Shown here: one piece after another, positions 9,834-21,199 of the stretch
How the letters are laid out: the number at the start of each line of letters is the position of its first letter
Position numbering within the stretch: the first letter of the stretch is position 1
Source of the DNA: Peptostreptococcaceae bacterium
GTDB lineage: Bacteria > Bacillota > Clostridia > Peptostreptococcales > Peptostreptococcaceae
NCBI GenBank assembly: GCA_036647935.1
Contig: JAVXJG010000002.1
Coordinates: 21,308-85,307 of the forward strand
DNA length: 64,000 nucleotides
Direction of reading: 5' to 3'
Position numbers and translations under genes: made by a program
The notes under the pieces: model-generated
Databases searched by the model: none
Told to the model about the DNA's origin: nothing
Seen by the model: only the letters and a program-made list of their open reading frames with translations

Positions 9834-10835
9834 ATGTTTGGTATAGACTTTGCAAAAATATTAATAGTAATATTAATAGTAATTGTGGCTATTATGAGTT
9901 TAACATGTGTAAGAGTTATTAAGCAGTCTAGAGTAGGTATAATAATGAGACTAGGAAAGTTTAGAAAGGTTGCAGATACAGGGGTTCACTTTTTAGTTCC
10001 TTTCTTAGATCACATGGCTTATATAATTGATATAAGAGAAATTGTTATAGATTTCCAACCACAACCAGTTATAACTAAGGATAATGTAACTATGCAAATA
10101 GATACAGTAGTTTATTATCAAATAACTGATCCAGCTAGATATGTATTTGAAATAGCTAACCCTATATCAGCTATTGAAAATTTAACTGCTACAACTTTGA
10201 GAAATATAATAGGTGAATTAGATTTAGATGAAACATTAACATCTAGAGATTTAATAAACACTAAAATGAGAGCAATATTAGATGAAGCAACCGATAAGTG
10301 GGGAATTAAGGTAAATAGAGTAGAACTTAAAAATATAATGCCTCCTCATGATATTCAAGTAGCTATGGAAAAACAAATGAGAGCAGAAAGAGAAAGAAGA
10401 GAATCAATACTTCAAGCAGAAGGAAACAAAGCATCTTCAATACTTCAAGCAGAAGGTGAAAAACAATCTTCAATACTAAGAGCAGAGGCTAAGAAAGAGG
10501 CTATGGTTCGTGAAGCAGAAGGTGAAAAAGTATCTGCAATACTAAGAGCAGAAGGTGAAGCTAGTGCTATAAAAGAAATTGCCCTTGCTAAAGCAATAGG
10601 AGAAGCAGAAGTTATAGTTAAGGTTCAAGAAGCTAAGGCAAAAGGTTTAGAAGCTGTATTAAAAGCTATGAAGGATGCTGAGGTTGATGATAATATGTTA
10701 GCATTAAAATCAATGGAAGCATTAGAAAAAGTTGCACAAGGAAATGCTACTAAGTTAGTATTACCATCAGAAGCAATTAATTTCTTAGGAACATTTAAGG
10801 GAATAAAAGAAGTTTTGAGTGATGATAAAAAATAA
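9834..10835 (+). CDS. SPFH/band 7 (stomatin/prohibitin-like) protein
   Basis: N-terminal TM helix, a PHB domain (VPFLD..., TKDNV.M.IDTVVYYQI) and a C-terminal AEGEK/SILRAE heptad-like repeat region. Confidence 0.9.
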   Translation: MFGIDFAKILIVILIVIVAIMSLTCVRVIKQSRVGIIMRLGKFRKVADTGVHFLVPFLDHMAYIIDIREIVIDFQPQPVITKDNVTMQIDTVVYYQITDPARYVFEIANPISAIENLTATTLRNIIGELDLDETLTSRDLINTKMRAILDEATDKWGIKVNRVELKNIMPPHDIQVAMEKQMRAERERRESILQAEGNKASSILQAEGEKQSSILRAEAKKEAMVREAEGEKVSAILRAEGEASAIKEIALAKAIGEAEVIVKVQEAKAKGLEAVLKAMKDAEVDDNMLALKSMEALEKVAQGNATKLVLPSEAINFLGTFKGIKEVLSDDKK

Positions 10836-10848
10836 ATTTTAATAGTAG

Positions 10849-10899
10849 AACCTTTAGAAATAAGTTCATTATATATGGATAGTTTCTAAAGGTTTTTTT
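10849..10899 (+). terminator. rho-independent terminator
   Basis: AACCTTTAGAAA-N22-TTTCTAAAGGTT followed by T5. Confidence 0.7.
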
Positions 10900-11066
10900 A
10901 GATATAAGTAGATTCTAAACTGCTATCTTTGATAAAGGAACCACATATATGGAATTAAACTTGCTGTAATATGAGTTTTAAAGACAATCATTGATATAAG
11001 ATCATGAATTACTGTCGAAATGCACGAAGAAATGTCTGAATTTTTATACAATTTATTCGTGAAATA

Positions 11067-11096
11067 TTGTATTTATTAATATATAATAAATATAAT
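11067..11096 (+). promoter_or_regulatory. candidate sigma-A promoter of the glycogen operon
   Basis: TTGTAT-18 nt-TATAAT. The AT-rich background makes chance matches likely. Confidence 0.35.
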
Positions 11097-11236
11097 ATTA
11101 GAAATTATAACAACAAGGGGGGGTTAATATTAAAAATAAAGAAAACGAAGAACACATACGAAGATACGAGGATATAATTGACCCGAAAAATATTTATGAA
11201 TTTAAAGATGGGGAATCTTTTGATAGTTATAAATTT

Positions 11237-13078
11237 ATGGGGAGTCATACTAGTAAATATAAAGGGGAAATAGGTACATCATTTACAGTATGGGCTCCAA
11301 AGGCAAAAAGTATTCACTTAGTAGGTGATTTTAATAATTGGGGCAAAACATCTCATTCTATGATAAATATAAATGATAGTGGAATATGGAGTATATTCAC
11401 AACAGATATAAAAGAAGGAGAAAGATATAAGTACAACATACTAGGTATTGATAATATAGAACGAATGAAGTCAGATCCATATGCAATCTGTTCTGAACTT
11501 AGACCAAATACAGCATCTATAGTATATAACGACTATGAGTATAAGTGGACGGATGAAACTTGGCAATGCGAAAAAATCAACAAAACACATGATAGAGAAC
11601 CTATAAATATATATGAGGTTCATTTAGGTTCGTGGAAAAGAAAATGGGATGGAACATTCTTTACATATGAAGAATTATATGAAATGATATACTATGCAAA
11701 AGACATGGGATATACGCATATAGAACTTTTACCAATTACAGAATATCCATTAGACAAATCTTGGGGCTACCAATCAGTAGGATATTATAGTCCAAGCAGC
11801 AGATATGGAAATCCAAATAAATTAAAAGCATTTATTGATAAATGCCACGAAAATAAATTAGGCGTAATTCTAGACTTTGCATATAGCCATTTTTGTAAAG
11901 ATGAACATGGGCTTTACAAATTTGATGGCTCCCCTCAATTTGAATATGAAGACTATTTAAAAGCTGAAAATGTAGGCTGGGGCACTGCTCACTTTGACTT
12001 AGGAAAAGCAGAGGTAAATAGTTTTTTATTATCTAATGTTCTTTATTGGTTTAAAGAATTTCATGTAGACGGTATCAGGGTTGATGCTGTATCCAGTATG
12101 TTATATTTAGATTATGATATAGGGGATTATACACCGAATAAATATGGTGGAAGAGAAAACTTAGAGGCTATAGACTTTATAAAAAGATTTAATGAAATTA
12201 TATATAAATACATAAATAACCCAATAGTTATAGCTGAAGAGTCTACATCATGGCCTATGGTTACAGGACCTACATATAAAGGTGCTCTAGGGTTTACTTA
12301 CAAATGGAATATGGGGTGGATGAATGATACTTTAAAGTATATGGAAATGGATCCTATTTATAAAAAGTATCATCATGAACTAATAACATTTTCTTTTATG
12401 TATGCATTTTCAGAAAACTTTATACTTCCTTTATCTCATGATGAAGTCGTTCATGGAAAAAAATCTTTGCTAGACAAAATGCCGGGTGATCCATGGCAAA
12501 AATTTGCTAACTTAAGATTATTGTATTCTTATTATATGATACATCCAGGTAAAAAATTATTATTTATGGGATGTGAATTTGGCCAAGGATTAGAGTGGAG
12601 ATATTCATATGGGCTTGAATGGGAACTACTTGAAGTAGATGCTCATAAAAAAATGAAGGCTTATGTTAAGGATTTAAATAATTTATATAAAAGTGATTGC
12701 TCTCTATACGAAATTGATAATAGTTATGATGGATTTGATTTTATAGATCCTCATAATAGTGATCAAAGTGTAATAACAATGATGAGAAAAGGTAAAAAAG
12801 AAGAAGACTTTATAATAGCAGTAATAAACTTTACTCCAGTAGTACATTATGACTACAAAATAGGAGTACCATATATGGGAGAATATGAAGAAGTGTTTAA
12901 CTCTGATAGTGAAATATATTGGGGTTCAAATCAGACTATGAACGGATGTGTACTTCATGCAGTTGATGAAAGATGGCACAATAAAGATTTCCATATAAAG
13001 ATAAAAGTACCACCACTAGGAGCTACTTTCATAAAGGGTAAAAACCTGATATATAAAAAAATATATATAAAGAGTTAG
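11237..13078 (+). CDS. glgB: 1,4-alpha-glucan branching enzyme
   Basis: GH13 motifs (HVDGIRVDAV, VIAEEST, LPLSHDEVVHGK) and a CBM48-like N-terminus. The reading frame is open from 11111, and GlgB-like N-terminal residues are encoded upstream of the first ATG. The true start is probably upstream (see findings). Confidence 0.9.
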   Translation: MGSHTSKYKGEIGTSFTVWAPKAKSIHLVGDFNNWGKTSHSMININDSGIWSIFTTDIKEGERYKYNILGIDNIERMKSDPYAICSELRPNTASIVYNDYEYKWTDETWQCEKINKTHDREPINIYEVHLGSWKRKWDGTFFTYEELYEMIYYAKDMGYTHIELLPITEYPLDKSWGYQSVGYYSPSSRYGNPNKLKAFIDKCHENKLGVILDFAYSHFCKDEHGLYKFDGSPQFEYEDYLKAENVGWGTAHFDLGKAEVNSFLLSNVLYWFKEFHVDGIRVDAVSSMLYLDYDIGDYTPNKYGGRENLEAIDFIKRFNEIIYKYINNPIVIAEESTSWPMVTGPTYKGALGFTYKWNMGWMNDTLKYMEMDPIYKKYHHELITFSFMYAFSENFILPLSHDEVVHGKKSLLDKMPGDPWQKFANLRLLYSYYMIHPGKKLLFMGCEFGQGLEWRYSYGLEWELLEVDAHKKMKAYVKDLNNLYKSDCSLYEIDNSYDGFDFIDPHNSDQSVITMMRKGKKEEDFIIAVINFTPVVHYDYKIGVPYMGEYEEVFNSDSEIYWGSNQTMNGCVLHAVDERWHNKDFHIKIKVPPLGATFIKGKNLIYKKIYIKS

Positions 13079-13156
13079 AATAAATATATAAGAAAAATTA
13101 TAACCAAATAAAAATAAAATAAAAATAGATGTAAAGAGTATGGGGGATTATTGGAT

Positions 13157-14311
13157 ATGAAAAAAGAAATGTTAGCTATGATATTAGCTGGGGGTCAAGG
13201 ATCAAGATTAGGTGTTTTCACAAAGAGAATTGCTAAACCAGCTGTATCTTTCGGTGGTAAATATAGAATAATAGATTTTGTATTGAGTAACTGTTCAAAT
13301 TCTGGGATTGATACTGTGGGCGTTTTAACTCAATATAGACCATTAATATTAAATTCACATATAGGAATGGGTGGTCATTGGGATTTAGATAGAATAAATG
13401 GTGGTGTATATGTATTACAACCATATATGAACGAAAAAGAAGGGAATTGGTATAGAGGTACTGCAAATGCTATATATCAGAATATGGACTTTATAGACAA
13501 CTACAATCCAGAATATGTACTTATATTATCTGGAGACCATATATACAAAATGGATTATAGTAAAATGTTAGAATATCATAAGGAGAAAGAATCAGAAGCT
13601 ACTATTGCTGTAATAGAAGTTCCTTGGGGTGAAGCGCCTAGATTTGGAATAATGAACACTGATAAAAGTGGATCAATACATGAATTTGAAGAAAAGCCAG
13701 AAGAGCCAAAAAGCAATCTTGCTTCTATGGGAGTTTATATATTTAATTGGAAAACTTTAAAGAAATACTTTGAAGAGATAAAAGAAAACAATGCAAACTA
13801 TGATGATTTTGGTAAAAATCTAATACCTCAAATGTTAGAAGACCAAGTTAGTATATATGCCTACCCATACAAAGGATATTGGAGAGATGTTGGTACTATA
13901 CAAAGTTTATGGGATGCAAATATGGATCTTTTAAAATCACCAGAAACATTAGATTTAAATAATTCAAAGTGGAGAATATATACAAATACTATGGCTATGC
14001 CACCACAATATATAGGTAAAAATGCTAATATAAAGAAATCATTAGTTGCTGATGGTTGTATAGTTTTAGGTGATGTAGAAAACTCAGTATTATCTCATGG
14101 TGTTGTAATTGGAGAGGGCAGTATAGTAAGAGATTCTGTAATAATGCCTAATGTTAAAATAGGAAAAAATGTAAAAATAGAAAAATGTATGATAGGTGAA
14201 AGTGCAATCATAGAAGATAATATTCATTTGAAAGAAGATAATGATGGAATAGGTGTAGTACCAGAACATAAAGTAGTTAAGATGGAATTAGCTGTACAGG
14301 GGGGAATATAA
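13157..14311 (+). CDS. glgC: glucose-1-phosphate adenylyltransferase
   Basis: [16 protein letters not shown]...[22 protein letters not shown] motif and a C-terminal left-handed beta-helix. GGGGGA RBS lies 9 nt upstream of ATG 13157. Confidence 0.93.
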   Translation: MKKEMLAMILAGGQGSRLGVFTKRIAKPAVSFGGKYRIIDFVLSNCSNSGIDTVGVLTQYRPLILNSHIGMGGHWDLDRINGGVYVLQPYMNEKEGNWYRGTANAIYQNMDFIDNYNPEYVLILSGDHIYKMDYSKMLEYHKEKESEATIAVIEVPWGEAPRFGIMNTDKSGSIHEFEEKPEEPKSNLASMGVYIFNWKTLKKYFEEIKENNANYDDFGKNLIPQMLEDQVSIYAYPYKGYWRDVGTIQSLWDANMDLLKSPETLDLNNSKWRIYTNTMAMPPQYIGKNANIKKSLVADGCIVLGDVENSVLSHGVVIGEGSIVRDSVIMPNVKIGKNVKIEKCMIGESAIIEDNIHLKEDNDGIGVVPEHKVVKMELAVQGGI

Positions 14312-14312
14312 T

Positions 14313-15443
14313 ATGAGAAACGAGTGTATGGGGATAATAAATTTAACTAAAAAGGGAGATCCAACTATATCTAAATTAAACTATGGAAGACCAATAGCAT
14401 CAACTCCCATAGGTGGAAGATATAGAGTTATAGATTTTGTTCTATCAAATATGGTTAATTCAGGAATAAATGATATTGGAATATTTGCACCGGAAAAATA
14501 TAGATCCTTAACAGACCACTTATCTAATGGAAAAGCCTGGGATTTGAGCAGAAAAAAAGGCGGATTATTTGTATTCAGTCCAGAAAATACAAAAGGTGAA
14601 AATAAATATGCATATAGAAAAGGCGATATATACAATATACTAGCAAATATTGATTACATAGAAAGAAGTGAAGAAGACTATGTATTAATAGCACCGAGTT
14701 TTATGTTGTGTAACATAGATTATAATGAAGCATTAAAATATCACAAAAAATCAAATAATGATATAACGATAATTTATAAAAATATAAATAATGCAAGTGA
14801 AGATTTTAAAGGAAACTTGACTTTAAATATAGATGATAATAGTAGAGTTATAAACATAGGTAGCAATACAGGAGCATTTCCAAGAGCAAATATATCTATG
14901 GAAATATATATAATGAGAAGACAAGATCTTATTAATTGTATATATAATATAGTGAGTAGTGGAACATATTCTTATTTTGAGGATTACTTAATTGAGGAAG
15001 CAAAAAATATGAAAGTAGGGGCTTACGAACATAAAGGATATCTTAAGTGCATAAGCTCAGTACAGTCATACTTTGAAATGAATAAAGACCTATTAGACCA
15101 AGATATAGCTCAAGAACTTCTTTATTCTGAAAGGAAAATATTAACTAAAGAAAAAAATGAGTCACCTGCTATTTATACAGAGGATGCAAATGTGCAAAGT
15201 TCATTTATAGCAACAGGATGTGTAATAGAAGGTATTGTTAAAAATAGTATTATATTTAGAAAGGTTCATGTTAAAAAAGATGCTGTAATAGAAAATTCTA
15301 TAATAATGCAAAACTGTATTATAGAATCAGGAGTAGAATTAGAAAATGTAGTATTTGATAAGAATATATACATATCAGAAGGAAAGCAGCTAAAGGGAGA
15401 TGAAAATTACCCTATCGTAATAGAAAAAAATATTAGTTTATAG
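14313..15443 (+). CDS. glgD: glucose-1-phosphate adenylyltransferase regulatory subunit GlgD
   Basis: GlgC paralog lacking the GGxGxRL loop (PIGGRYRVIDFVLSNMVNSG). It occupies the canonical position after glgC. Confidence 0.88.
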   Translation: MRNECMGIINLTKKGDPTISKLNYGRPIASTPIGGRYRVIDFVLSNMVNSGINDIGIFAPEKYRSLTDHLSNGKAWDLSRKKGGLFVFSPENTKGENKYAYRKGDIYNILANIDYIERSEEDYVLIAPSFMLCNIDYNEALKYHKKSNNDITIIYKNINNASEDFKGNLTLNIDDNSRVINIGSNTGAFPRANISMEIYIMRRQDLINCIYNIVSSGTYSYFEDYLIEEAKNMKVGAYEHKGYLKCISSVQSYFEMNKDLLDQDIAQELLYSERKILTKEKNESPAIYTEDANVQSSFIATGCVIEGIVKNSIIFRKVHVKKDAVIENSIIMQNCIIESGVELENVVFDKNIYISEGKQLKGDENYPIVIEKNISL

Positions 15444-15455
15444 GGGGAGATTTTA

Positions 15456-16898
15456 GTGAAGGTTCTTTATGTAACAGCAGAGTGTTGGCCTTTTGCCAAG
15501 ACTGGTGGATTAGGGGATGTATCCTATGCACTTCCAAAAGCGCTAAAAAAAGAAGGTGTGGATATAAGGGTAATAATGCCTAAATATTATAATATACCAA
15601 ACTACCTAAAAGAAAAAATGAAAGAAGTTGCAGTATTTAATGTAAATGTAGGATGGAGAAATCAGTATTGTGGACTATTAGAAATGGAATTAGATGGAGT
15701 AAAATTCTATTTTATAGATAATGAATTTTATTTTAATAGAGAAGGAGAAATGGCATATCTTTATGGATATGGAGATGATGCTGAAAGATTTACTTTCTTT
15801 ACCAATGCAGTATTAGAATCAATAGCAAGATTAGATTTTTATCCAAGTGTTATACATTTAAATGATTGGCACACTGGTATGCTACCATTGATATTAAAAG
15901 AGAAATATAGTGATTTAGAAAAATATACTGATATAAAGACTATTTATACTATACATAATTTACAATACCAGGGAGTATTTCCACGTAGTGTAGTTTCTGA
16001 TGTACTTGATCTGTCCTATAAGTATTTAGAAAATGGGGATATAGAATATTACGGTGGAGTAAGTTTTATGAAATCTGGAATAGTATTTGCAGATAAGGTA
16101 ACTACAGTAAGTCCAACTTATGTAAATGAAATACAAACTAGTTTTTATGGTGAACAATTAGATGGATTACTTAGGTCTAAGTCACATAAATTAAAGGGGA
16201 TTTTAAATGGAATAGATTATGATATAAATAATCCCCAAACAGATAAGGATATATTAAGTAATTTTAATATTGATACTTTAGATGAAAAAATACAAAATAA
16301 GCTTAAATTGCAACAGGTATTAGGCTTAGAAGTAAATAAAGATATACCATTAATAGGAATAGTATCTAGATTAGTATCACAAAAAGGTTTTGATTTAATA
16401 TCTTATATTATGCCTGAATTAATGAGAGAGAATTTACAGATAGTAGTTTTAGGGACAGGAGAACATCAATATCAATCTATGTTTAATTATTATGACTCTC
16501 ATTATCCTGAAAAAGTATCAGCTAGGATTACATTTGATTCTGCTTTTGCCCAGCAAATATATGCTGCTAGTGATATATTCCTTATGCCATCATTATTTGA
16601 GCCTTGTGGTATAGGACAAATGTTAGCTATGAGATATGCAACATTACCTATAGTTAGAGAAACTGGGGGGCTTAAAGATACCGTAGAGCCTTATAATAAA
16701 TATACTAAAGAAGGTAATGGATTTAGCTTTAAAAACTATAATGCGCATGAAATGCTTTATTGTATTAAAGATGCGCTACAGGTATATAAAGACAAAGATA
16801 CATGGATAAAACTTATGAAAAATGCAATAAAGACAGATAACAGCTGGAGAAAGTCCGCTCAAGTTTATTTAGAGACATATAAGGATATACTCAATTAA
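15456..16898 (+). CDS. glgA: glycogen synthase (ADP-glucose type)
   Basis: N-terminus VLYVTAECWPFAKTGGLGDV (KTGGL motif) with a GT5 architecture. GTG start with a GGGGGAG RBS. Confidence 0.93.
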   Translation: MKVLYVTAECWPFAKTGGLGDVSYALPKALKKEGVDIRVIMPKYYNIPNYLKEKMKEVAVFNVNVGWRNQYCGLLEMELDGVKFYFIDNEFYFNREGEMAYLYGYGDDAERFTFFTNAVLESIARLDFYPSVIHLNDWHTGMLPLILKEKYSDLEKYTDIKTIYTIHNLQYQGVFPRSVVSDVLDLSYKYLENGDIEYYGGVSFMKSGIVFADKVTTVSPTYVNEIQTSFYGEQLDGLLRSKSHKLKGILNGIDYDINNPQTDKDILSNFNIDTLDEKIQNKLKLQQVLGLEVNKDIPLIGIVSRLVSQKGFDLISYIMPELMRENLQIVVLGTGEHQYQSMFNYYDSHYPEKVSARITFDSAFAQQIYAASDIFLMPSLFEPCGIGQMLAMRYATLPIVRETGGLKDTVEPYNKYTKEGNGFSFKNYNAHEMLYCIKDALQVYKDKDTWIKLMKNAIKTDNSWRKSAQVYLETYKDILN

Positions 16899-16914
16899 AA
16901 GGAGTGATGTTTAA

Positions 16915-19362
16915 TTGGTCACAATAAGTAAAGAAAAATTCAAACAAAGTTTTGAAGTTAAAATGTATAGTATATATGCCCAGTCTATTAAAGAAGCTAC
17001 AAATGAACAATTACTAAATGTATTATGTAGCGTTATAAAGGATTTAATATCTACAAAATGGGTTGATAATAAATTAGATACAGAAAAAGAAGTATATTAC
17101 TTTAGTATAGAATTCTTGCTTGGAAGACAGCTAAAATCAAACTTGCTGAATCTTGGAATTGAAGAAAATATAAGGAAAGGTCTTAAGGAATTAGATATAG
17201 CTTTAGATGATTTGATTAATTCTGAAGGGGATCCAGCATTAGGAAATGGTGGGCTTGGAAGATTAGCAGCATGTTTCTTAGATTCTATGGCATCACTAGA
17301 TATTAGTGGACATGGATATGGAATAAGATATAAGTATGGTTTATTTGAACAAAAGATTATAAATGGTTATCAGGTAGAAGTACCTGATAACTGGTTAATA
17401 GAAGATGGCTATTCATGGGAAACTGTTAGACCAAATAAAGCTATTATTGTTAAGTTTGAGGGGGATGTTAATTTAGTCAAAGAAAATGATAAATTAACGG
17501 CAGTTCACACTAATTATTTACCAGTAATGGCAATGCCATATGATATACCTATAATTGGATATCACAATGAATCTATAAATACACTAAGATTATGGAAAAG
17601 TGAAATACCAAGAAGTGATTTTTCACAATCTATAAGTGATGCAAGGAACTATTCAGGAAGTTATGAAGATGCATTACAGTATAAATACTATACAGAAGAA
17701 ATCTCACAAGTTTTATATCCAAATGATAGTAACTATGCAGGACAGTTGCTTAGATTAAAACAAGAGTATTTCTTTGTAAGTGCAGGAATACAAGATATCA
17801 TAAGAAAATATAAGAAAAGAAGTCTAAATATTTTAGACATAGACAAAAAAATAGCTATTCATATAAATGACACACATCCAACACTTTGTATTCCAGAATT
17901 TATGAGAATTTTACTAGATGAAGAAAGCCTTTCATGGAATGAAGCCTGGAAACTAACAACAAATGTAATGTCTTATACTAATCACACAATAATGTCTGAG
18001 GCTATGGAAAAATGGCCAACAGAAATGATAAAAAAACTAGTACCTAGAATCTATATGATAATAGAAGAAATAGATAAAAAGTATAATGAGTATCTATACA
18101 ACAAATATAATGATAATAATAAAATAGATAAAATGAAGATAATATATAAAAATCATGTTAGAATGGCCAACTTGTCTATAATAGGTAGTTATAGTGTGAA
18201 TGGAGTTGCAAGTCTTCATACAGAGCTTCTAAAGAAAGAAGTTTTAAAAGAATTTAATGAAGATGAACCTAATAAGTTTAATAATAAAACTAATGGGATT
18301 GCTCATAGAAGATGGCTTATGTGCTCAAATCCAAATCTAAGCAATGTTATAAGTGAGTTAATAGGCGAGAGTTGGAAGATGGATACATTAAAGCTAAAGG
18401 ATTTAGAACAATTTAAGCATGATAAAGGTGTACTTGAAAGATTAGAGTCTATAAAACATGAGAATAAAGAAAATTTAGCTAAATATATAAAAAATAAGCA
18501 AGGCTTAGTGGTAGATCCAAATTCAATATTTGATGTACACATAAAAAGATTACATGCATACAAAAGACAGCTTTTAAACATACTCCATATATTACATTTG
18601 TATCATGAAATATTAGATAATGCTAATTTTGAAATGGAACCAAGAACGTTTATATTTGGGGCAAAGGCAGCACCAGGATATTATTTGGCTAAATGTATAA
18701 TAAAATTTATTAATGCAGTAGCTGAAAAAATAAATAATGACCCTAAAGTAGATGGGAAAATAAAAATAGTGTTTATAGAAAACTATGGGGTTTCATTGGC
18801 TGAAATAATTATTCCAGCAACAAATGTCAGTGAGCAAATATCAACGACTACAAAAGAAGCATCAGGAACTAGCAATATGAAGTTTATGATGAATGGGGCT
18901 ATTACATTGGCGACATTAGATGGCGCTAATGTTGAAATATTTGAACAGGTAGGGGAAGATAATATAGTTATCTTTGGACTAAGTGCTCAACAAGTTTTAG
19001 ATTATAATAAATACGGCGGATATTCTGCTCTTGATTTATACAATTCTAATATGAATATAAGAAGAGTTGTGGACGATTTGATAAATGGTTTCATACCAAA
19101 TATGGAAAAAGAGGGAATGGAAATCTATAATTCCTTAATAACATATAATGATGAGTATTTTGTACTAAGAGATATTCAAAATTATTCAGAAGCACAGCGT
19201 AAGGTAGAAGCATTGTATAAAGAAAAAGAAAAGTGGAGCAGAATGTCTTTAGTAAATATAGCTAACTCAGGTATATTCTCTACAGATAGAACTATATCGG
19301 AATATGCAAGGGATATTTGGCTCAAAGGGTGTGAGATAAATGAGAAGTGTAATAAACTATAA
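16915..19362 (+). CDS. glgP: glycogen/maltodextrin phosphorylase
   Basis: 815 aa. GT35 motifs (GNGGLGRLAACFLDS, and EASGTSNMKFMMNG carrying the PLP lysine). TTG start with an AAGGAG RBS. Confidence 0.93.
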   Translation: MVTISKEKFKQSFEVKMYSIYAQSIKEATNEQLLNVLCSVIKDLISTKWVDNKLDTEKEVYYFSIEFLLGRQLKSNLLNLGIEENIRKGLKELDIALDDLINSEGDPALGNGGLGRLAACFLDSMASLDISGHGYGIRYKYGLFEQKIINGYQVEVPDNWLIEDGYSWETVRPNKAIIVKFEGDVNLVKENDKLTAVHTNYLPVMAMPYDIPIIGYHNESINTLRLWKSEIPRSDFSQSISDARNYSGSYEDALQYKYYTEEISQVLYPNDSNYAGQLLRLKQEYFFVSAGIQDIIRKYKKRSLNILDIDKKIAIHINDTHPTLCIPEFMRILLDEESLSWNEAWKLTTNVMSYTNHTIMSEAMEKWPTEMIKKLVPRIYMIIEEIDKKYNEYLYNKYNDNNKIDKMKIIYKNHVRMANLSIIGSYSVNGVASLHTELLKKEVLKEFNEDEPNKFNNKTNGIAHRRWLMCSNPNLSNVISELIGESWKMDTLKLKDLEQFKHDKGVLERLESIKHENKENLAKYIKNKQGLVVDPNSIFDVHIKRLHAYKRQLLNILHILHLYHEILDNANFEMEPRTFIFGAKAAPGYYLAKCIIKFINAVAEKINNDPKVDGKIKIVFIENYGVSLAEIIIPATNVSEQISTTTKEASGTSNMKFMMNGAITLATLDGANVEIFEQVGEDNIVIFGLSAQQVLDYNKYGGYSALDLYNSNMNIRRVVDDLINGFIPNMEKEGMEIYNSLITYNDEYFVLRDIQNYSEAQRKVEALYKEKEKWSRMSLVNIANSGIFSTDRTISEYARDIWLKGCEINEKCNKL

Positions 19363-21199
19363 TTCATGGAATAAAGACTTTAAGGCTCCTTTTGGAGCCT
19401 TAAAGATTAATGAAAAAATGAAAATTGTGGTAAAAGAAAATGGAAATTATCAGATAAATAATATTACATTGGTGATTTTTAGAGAAGATATTGAAATACA
19501 GCGATTGAATTTGAAAAAAGAAGATTTATTTACAGTTGAGTTTGATGGATTTGAAGAGGTAGGAGTATACTTTTATCACTTTGAGGTAGATATAGTTATA
19601 GATGGATATGAACAAAGGTTATTCTATGGGAAAAATAATAATAATGCAGAGGCAGTAGAATATTCTTATGATTGGATAAATAAATATCAAATAACTGTAT
19701 ATGAGGACTTTAAAACTCCAAGTTGGTATAAAGAGGGGATACTATACCATATATTTGTAGATAGATTTAATAATGGTAATAGAACTGGAAGAGTAAGTAA
19801 TCCAAAGTCTAATAGTTTTATATATGCAAATTGGAAAGATGAGCCAATGTATATAAAAGACCAAGATGGAAGTATTTCAAGATGGGATTTTTATGGAGGA
19901 AACTTAAAAGGTATAATACATAAGCTTCCATATATTAAAAAATTAGGAGTAAGTATAATATATTTAAGTCCTATATTTGAATCATCTAGTAATCATAAGT
20001 ATGATACCGGTGATTATAAGACTATTGACCCTATGTTTGGAGATGAAGAAATACTTAAAGAATTAATAGATAAGGCTGCTCAAAAGGGAATATCTATAAT
20101 GTTAGATGGAGTGTTTAGCCACACTGGAGCAGATAGTAAATATTTTAATAAATATGGTAGATATGATACAGTAGGTGCATATCAGTCACAAGAATCAAAG
20201 TATAGTAATTGGTATACTTTTAAAAATCACCCAGAAAATTATAAATGTTGGTGGGATATAAAGGCTCTTCCTAATACAAATGAACTTGAACCTAGTTTTA
20301 TGGACTATATTATCTATGATGAAGATAGTGTAATAAAGAAGTGGACAGGTATGGGTGTTAAAGGATGGAGATTAGATGTTGCTGATGAGCTTCCTAGTAA
20401 ATTTATAAAAGAAATGAAAAAGGAATTGAGAGAAGTAGATGAAGACGCTATTTTAGTGGGTGAAGTTTGGGAAGATGCTTCTAATAAAGTAAGTTATGGA
20501 GAAAGAAGAAGTTATTTTTTAGGAAAAGAGTTAGATGCAGCAATGGGATATCCATTTAGAGATAATATAGTTAGATTTTTAAAGGGAGAAATATCATCTA
20601 ATGATTTGAATAATGCATATATGGTAATAAAAGAAAACTATCCTAAAGAATCATTTAAGTCTAATCTTAACTTAATAGGAACGCATGATGTAAATAGAAT
20701 AAAAACAGAATTAAATAAAGACAAATCATTAGTTAAGTTAGCAGTTGCAACTCAAATGACATTCGAAGGTGTTCCATATGTATACTATGGAGACGAAGCA
20801 GGGTTAGAAGGGAAAACAGATCCTGACAACAGAAGAGCATACCCTTGGAAAAATGAAGATGAGGATATGATAGATTTTTATAGAAATCTAACTACGATAA
20901 GAAATAAAAATAAATCATTAGTTAGTGGAGATACTATATTTATAGATACTAACAATAATGATGTATTTGGATATATTAGATTTGATGAAGAAAATAGATC
21001 TGAAAGTATATTAGTTTTATTAAATAGAAGTGAAAATTTAGAGTCATTATCGTTAAATATAGAGGGATATTCACTTGAAGAAATCGAGTACAAAACTATA
21101 ACTAAAAAATATGTAGAGCGTATATTTAAAGAAAGTAATGTATTTAATGTAGATATAGAAGACAAATCTTGTCTAATATTTACTTTATTAAAAAATTAA
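19340..21199 (+). CDS. GH13 alpha-amylase family enzyme (neopullulanase/cyclomaltodextrinase-like)
   Basis: Conserved regions DGVFSHTG, GWRLDVADE, VGEVWED, LIGTHDVNR. Overlaps the glgP 3' end by 23 nt. Confidence 0.85.
   Translation: MRSVINYNSWNKDFKAPFGALKINEKMKIVVKENGNYQINNITLVIFREDIEIQRLNLKKEDLFTVEFDGFEEVGVYFYHFEVDIVIDGYEQRLFYGKNNNNAEAVEYSYDWINKYQITVYEDFKTPSWYKEGILYHIFVDRFNNGNRTGRVSNPKSNSFIYANWKDEPMYIKDQDGSISRWDFYGGNLKGIIHKLPYIKKLGVSIIYLSPIFESSSNHKYDTGDYKTIDPMFGDEEILKELIDKAAQKGISIMLDGVFSHTGADSKYFNKYGRYDTVGAYQSQESKYSNWYTFKNHPENYKCWWDIKALPNTNELEPSFMDYIIYDEDSVIKKWTGMGVKGWRLDVADELPSKFIKEMKKELREVDEDAILVGEVWEDASNKVSYGERRSYFLGKELDAAMGYPFRDNIVRFLKGEISSNDLNNAYMVIKENYPKESFKSNLNLIGTHDVNRIKTELNKDKSLVKLAVATQMTFEGVPYVYYGDEAGLEGKTDPDNRRAYPWKNEDEDMIDFYRNLTTIRNKNKSLVSGDTIFIDTNNNDVFGYIRFDEENRSESILVLLNRSENLESLSLNIEGYSLEEIEYKTITKKYVERIFKESNVFNVDIEDKSCLIFTLLKN

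Noticed and set aside
10380-10640. Repetitive SILQAEG(N/E)K / SAILRAEGE segments in the SPFH protein.
   Set aside because: This is the usual C-terminal heptad or coiled-coil oligomerisation region of the stomatin/prohibitin family, not an anomaly.
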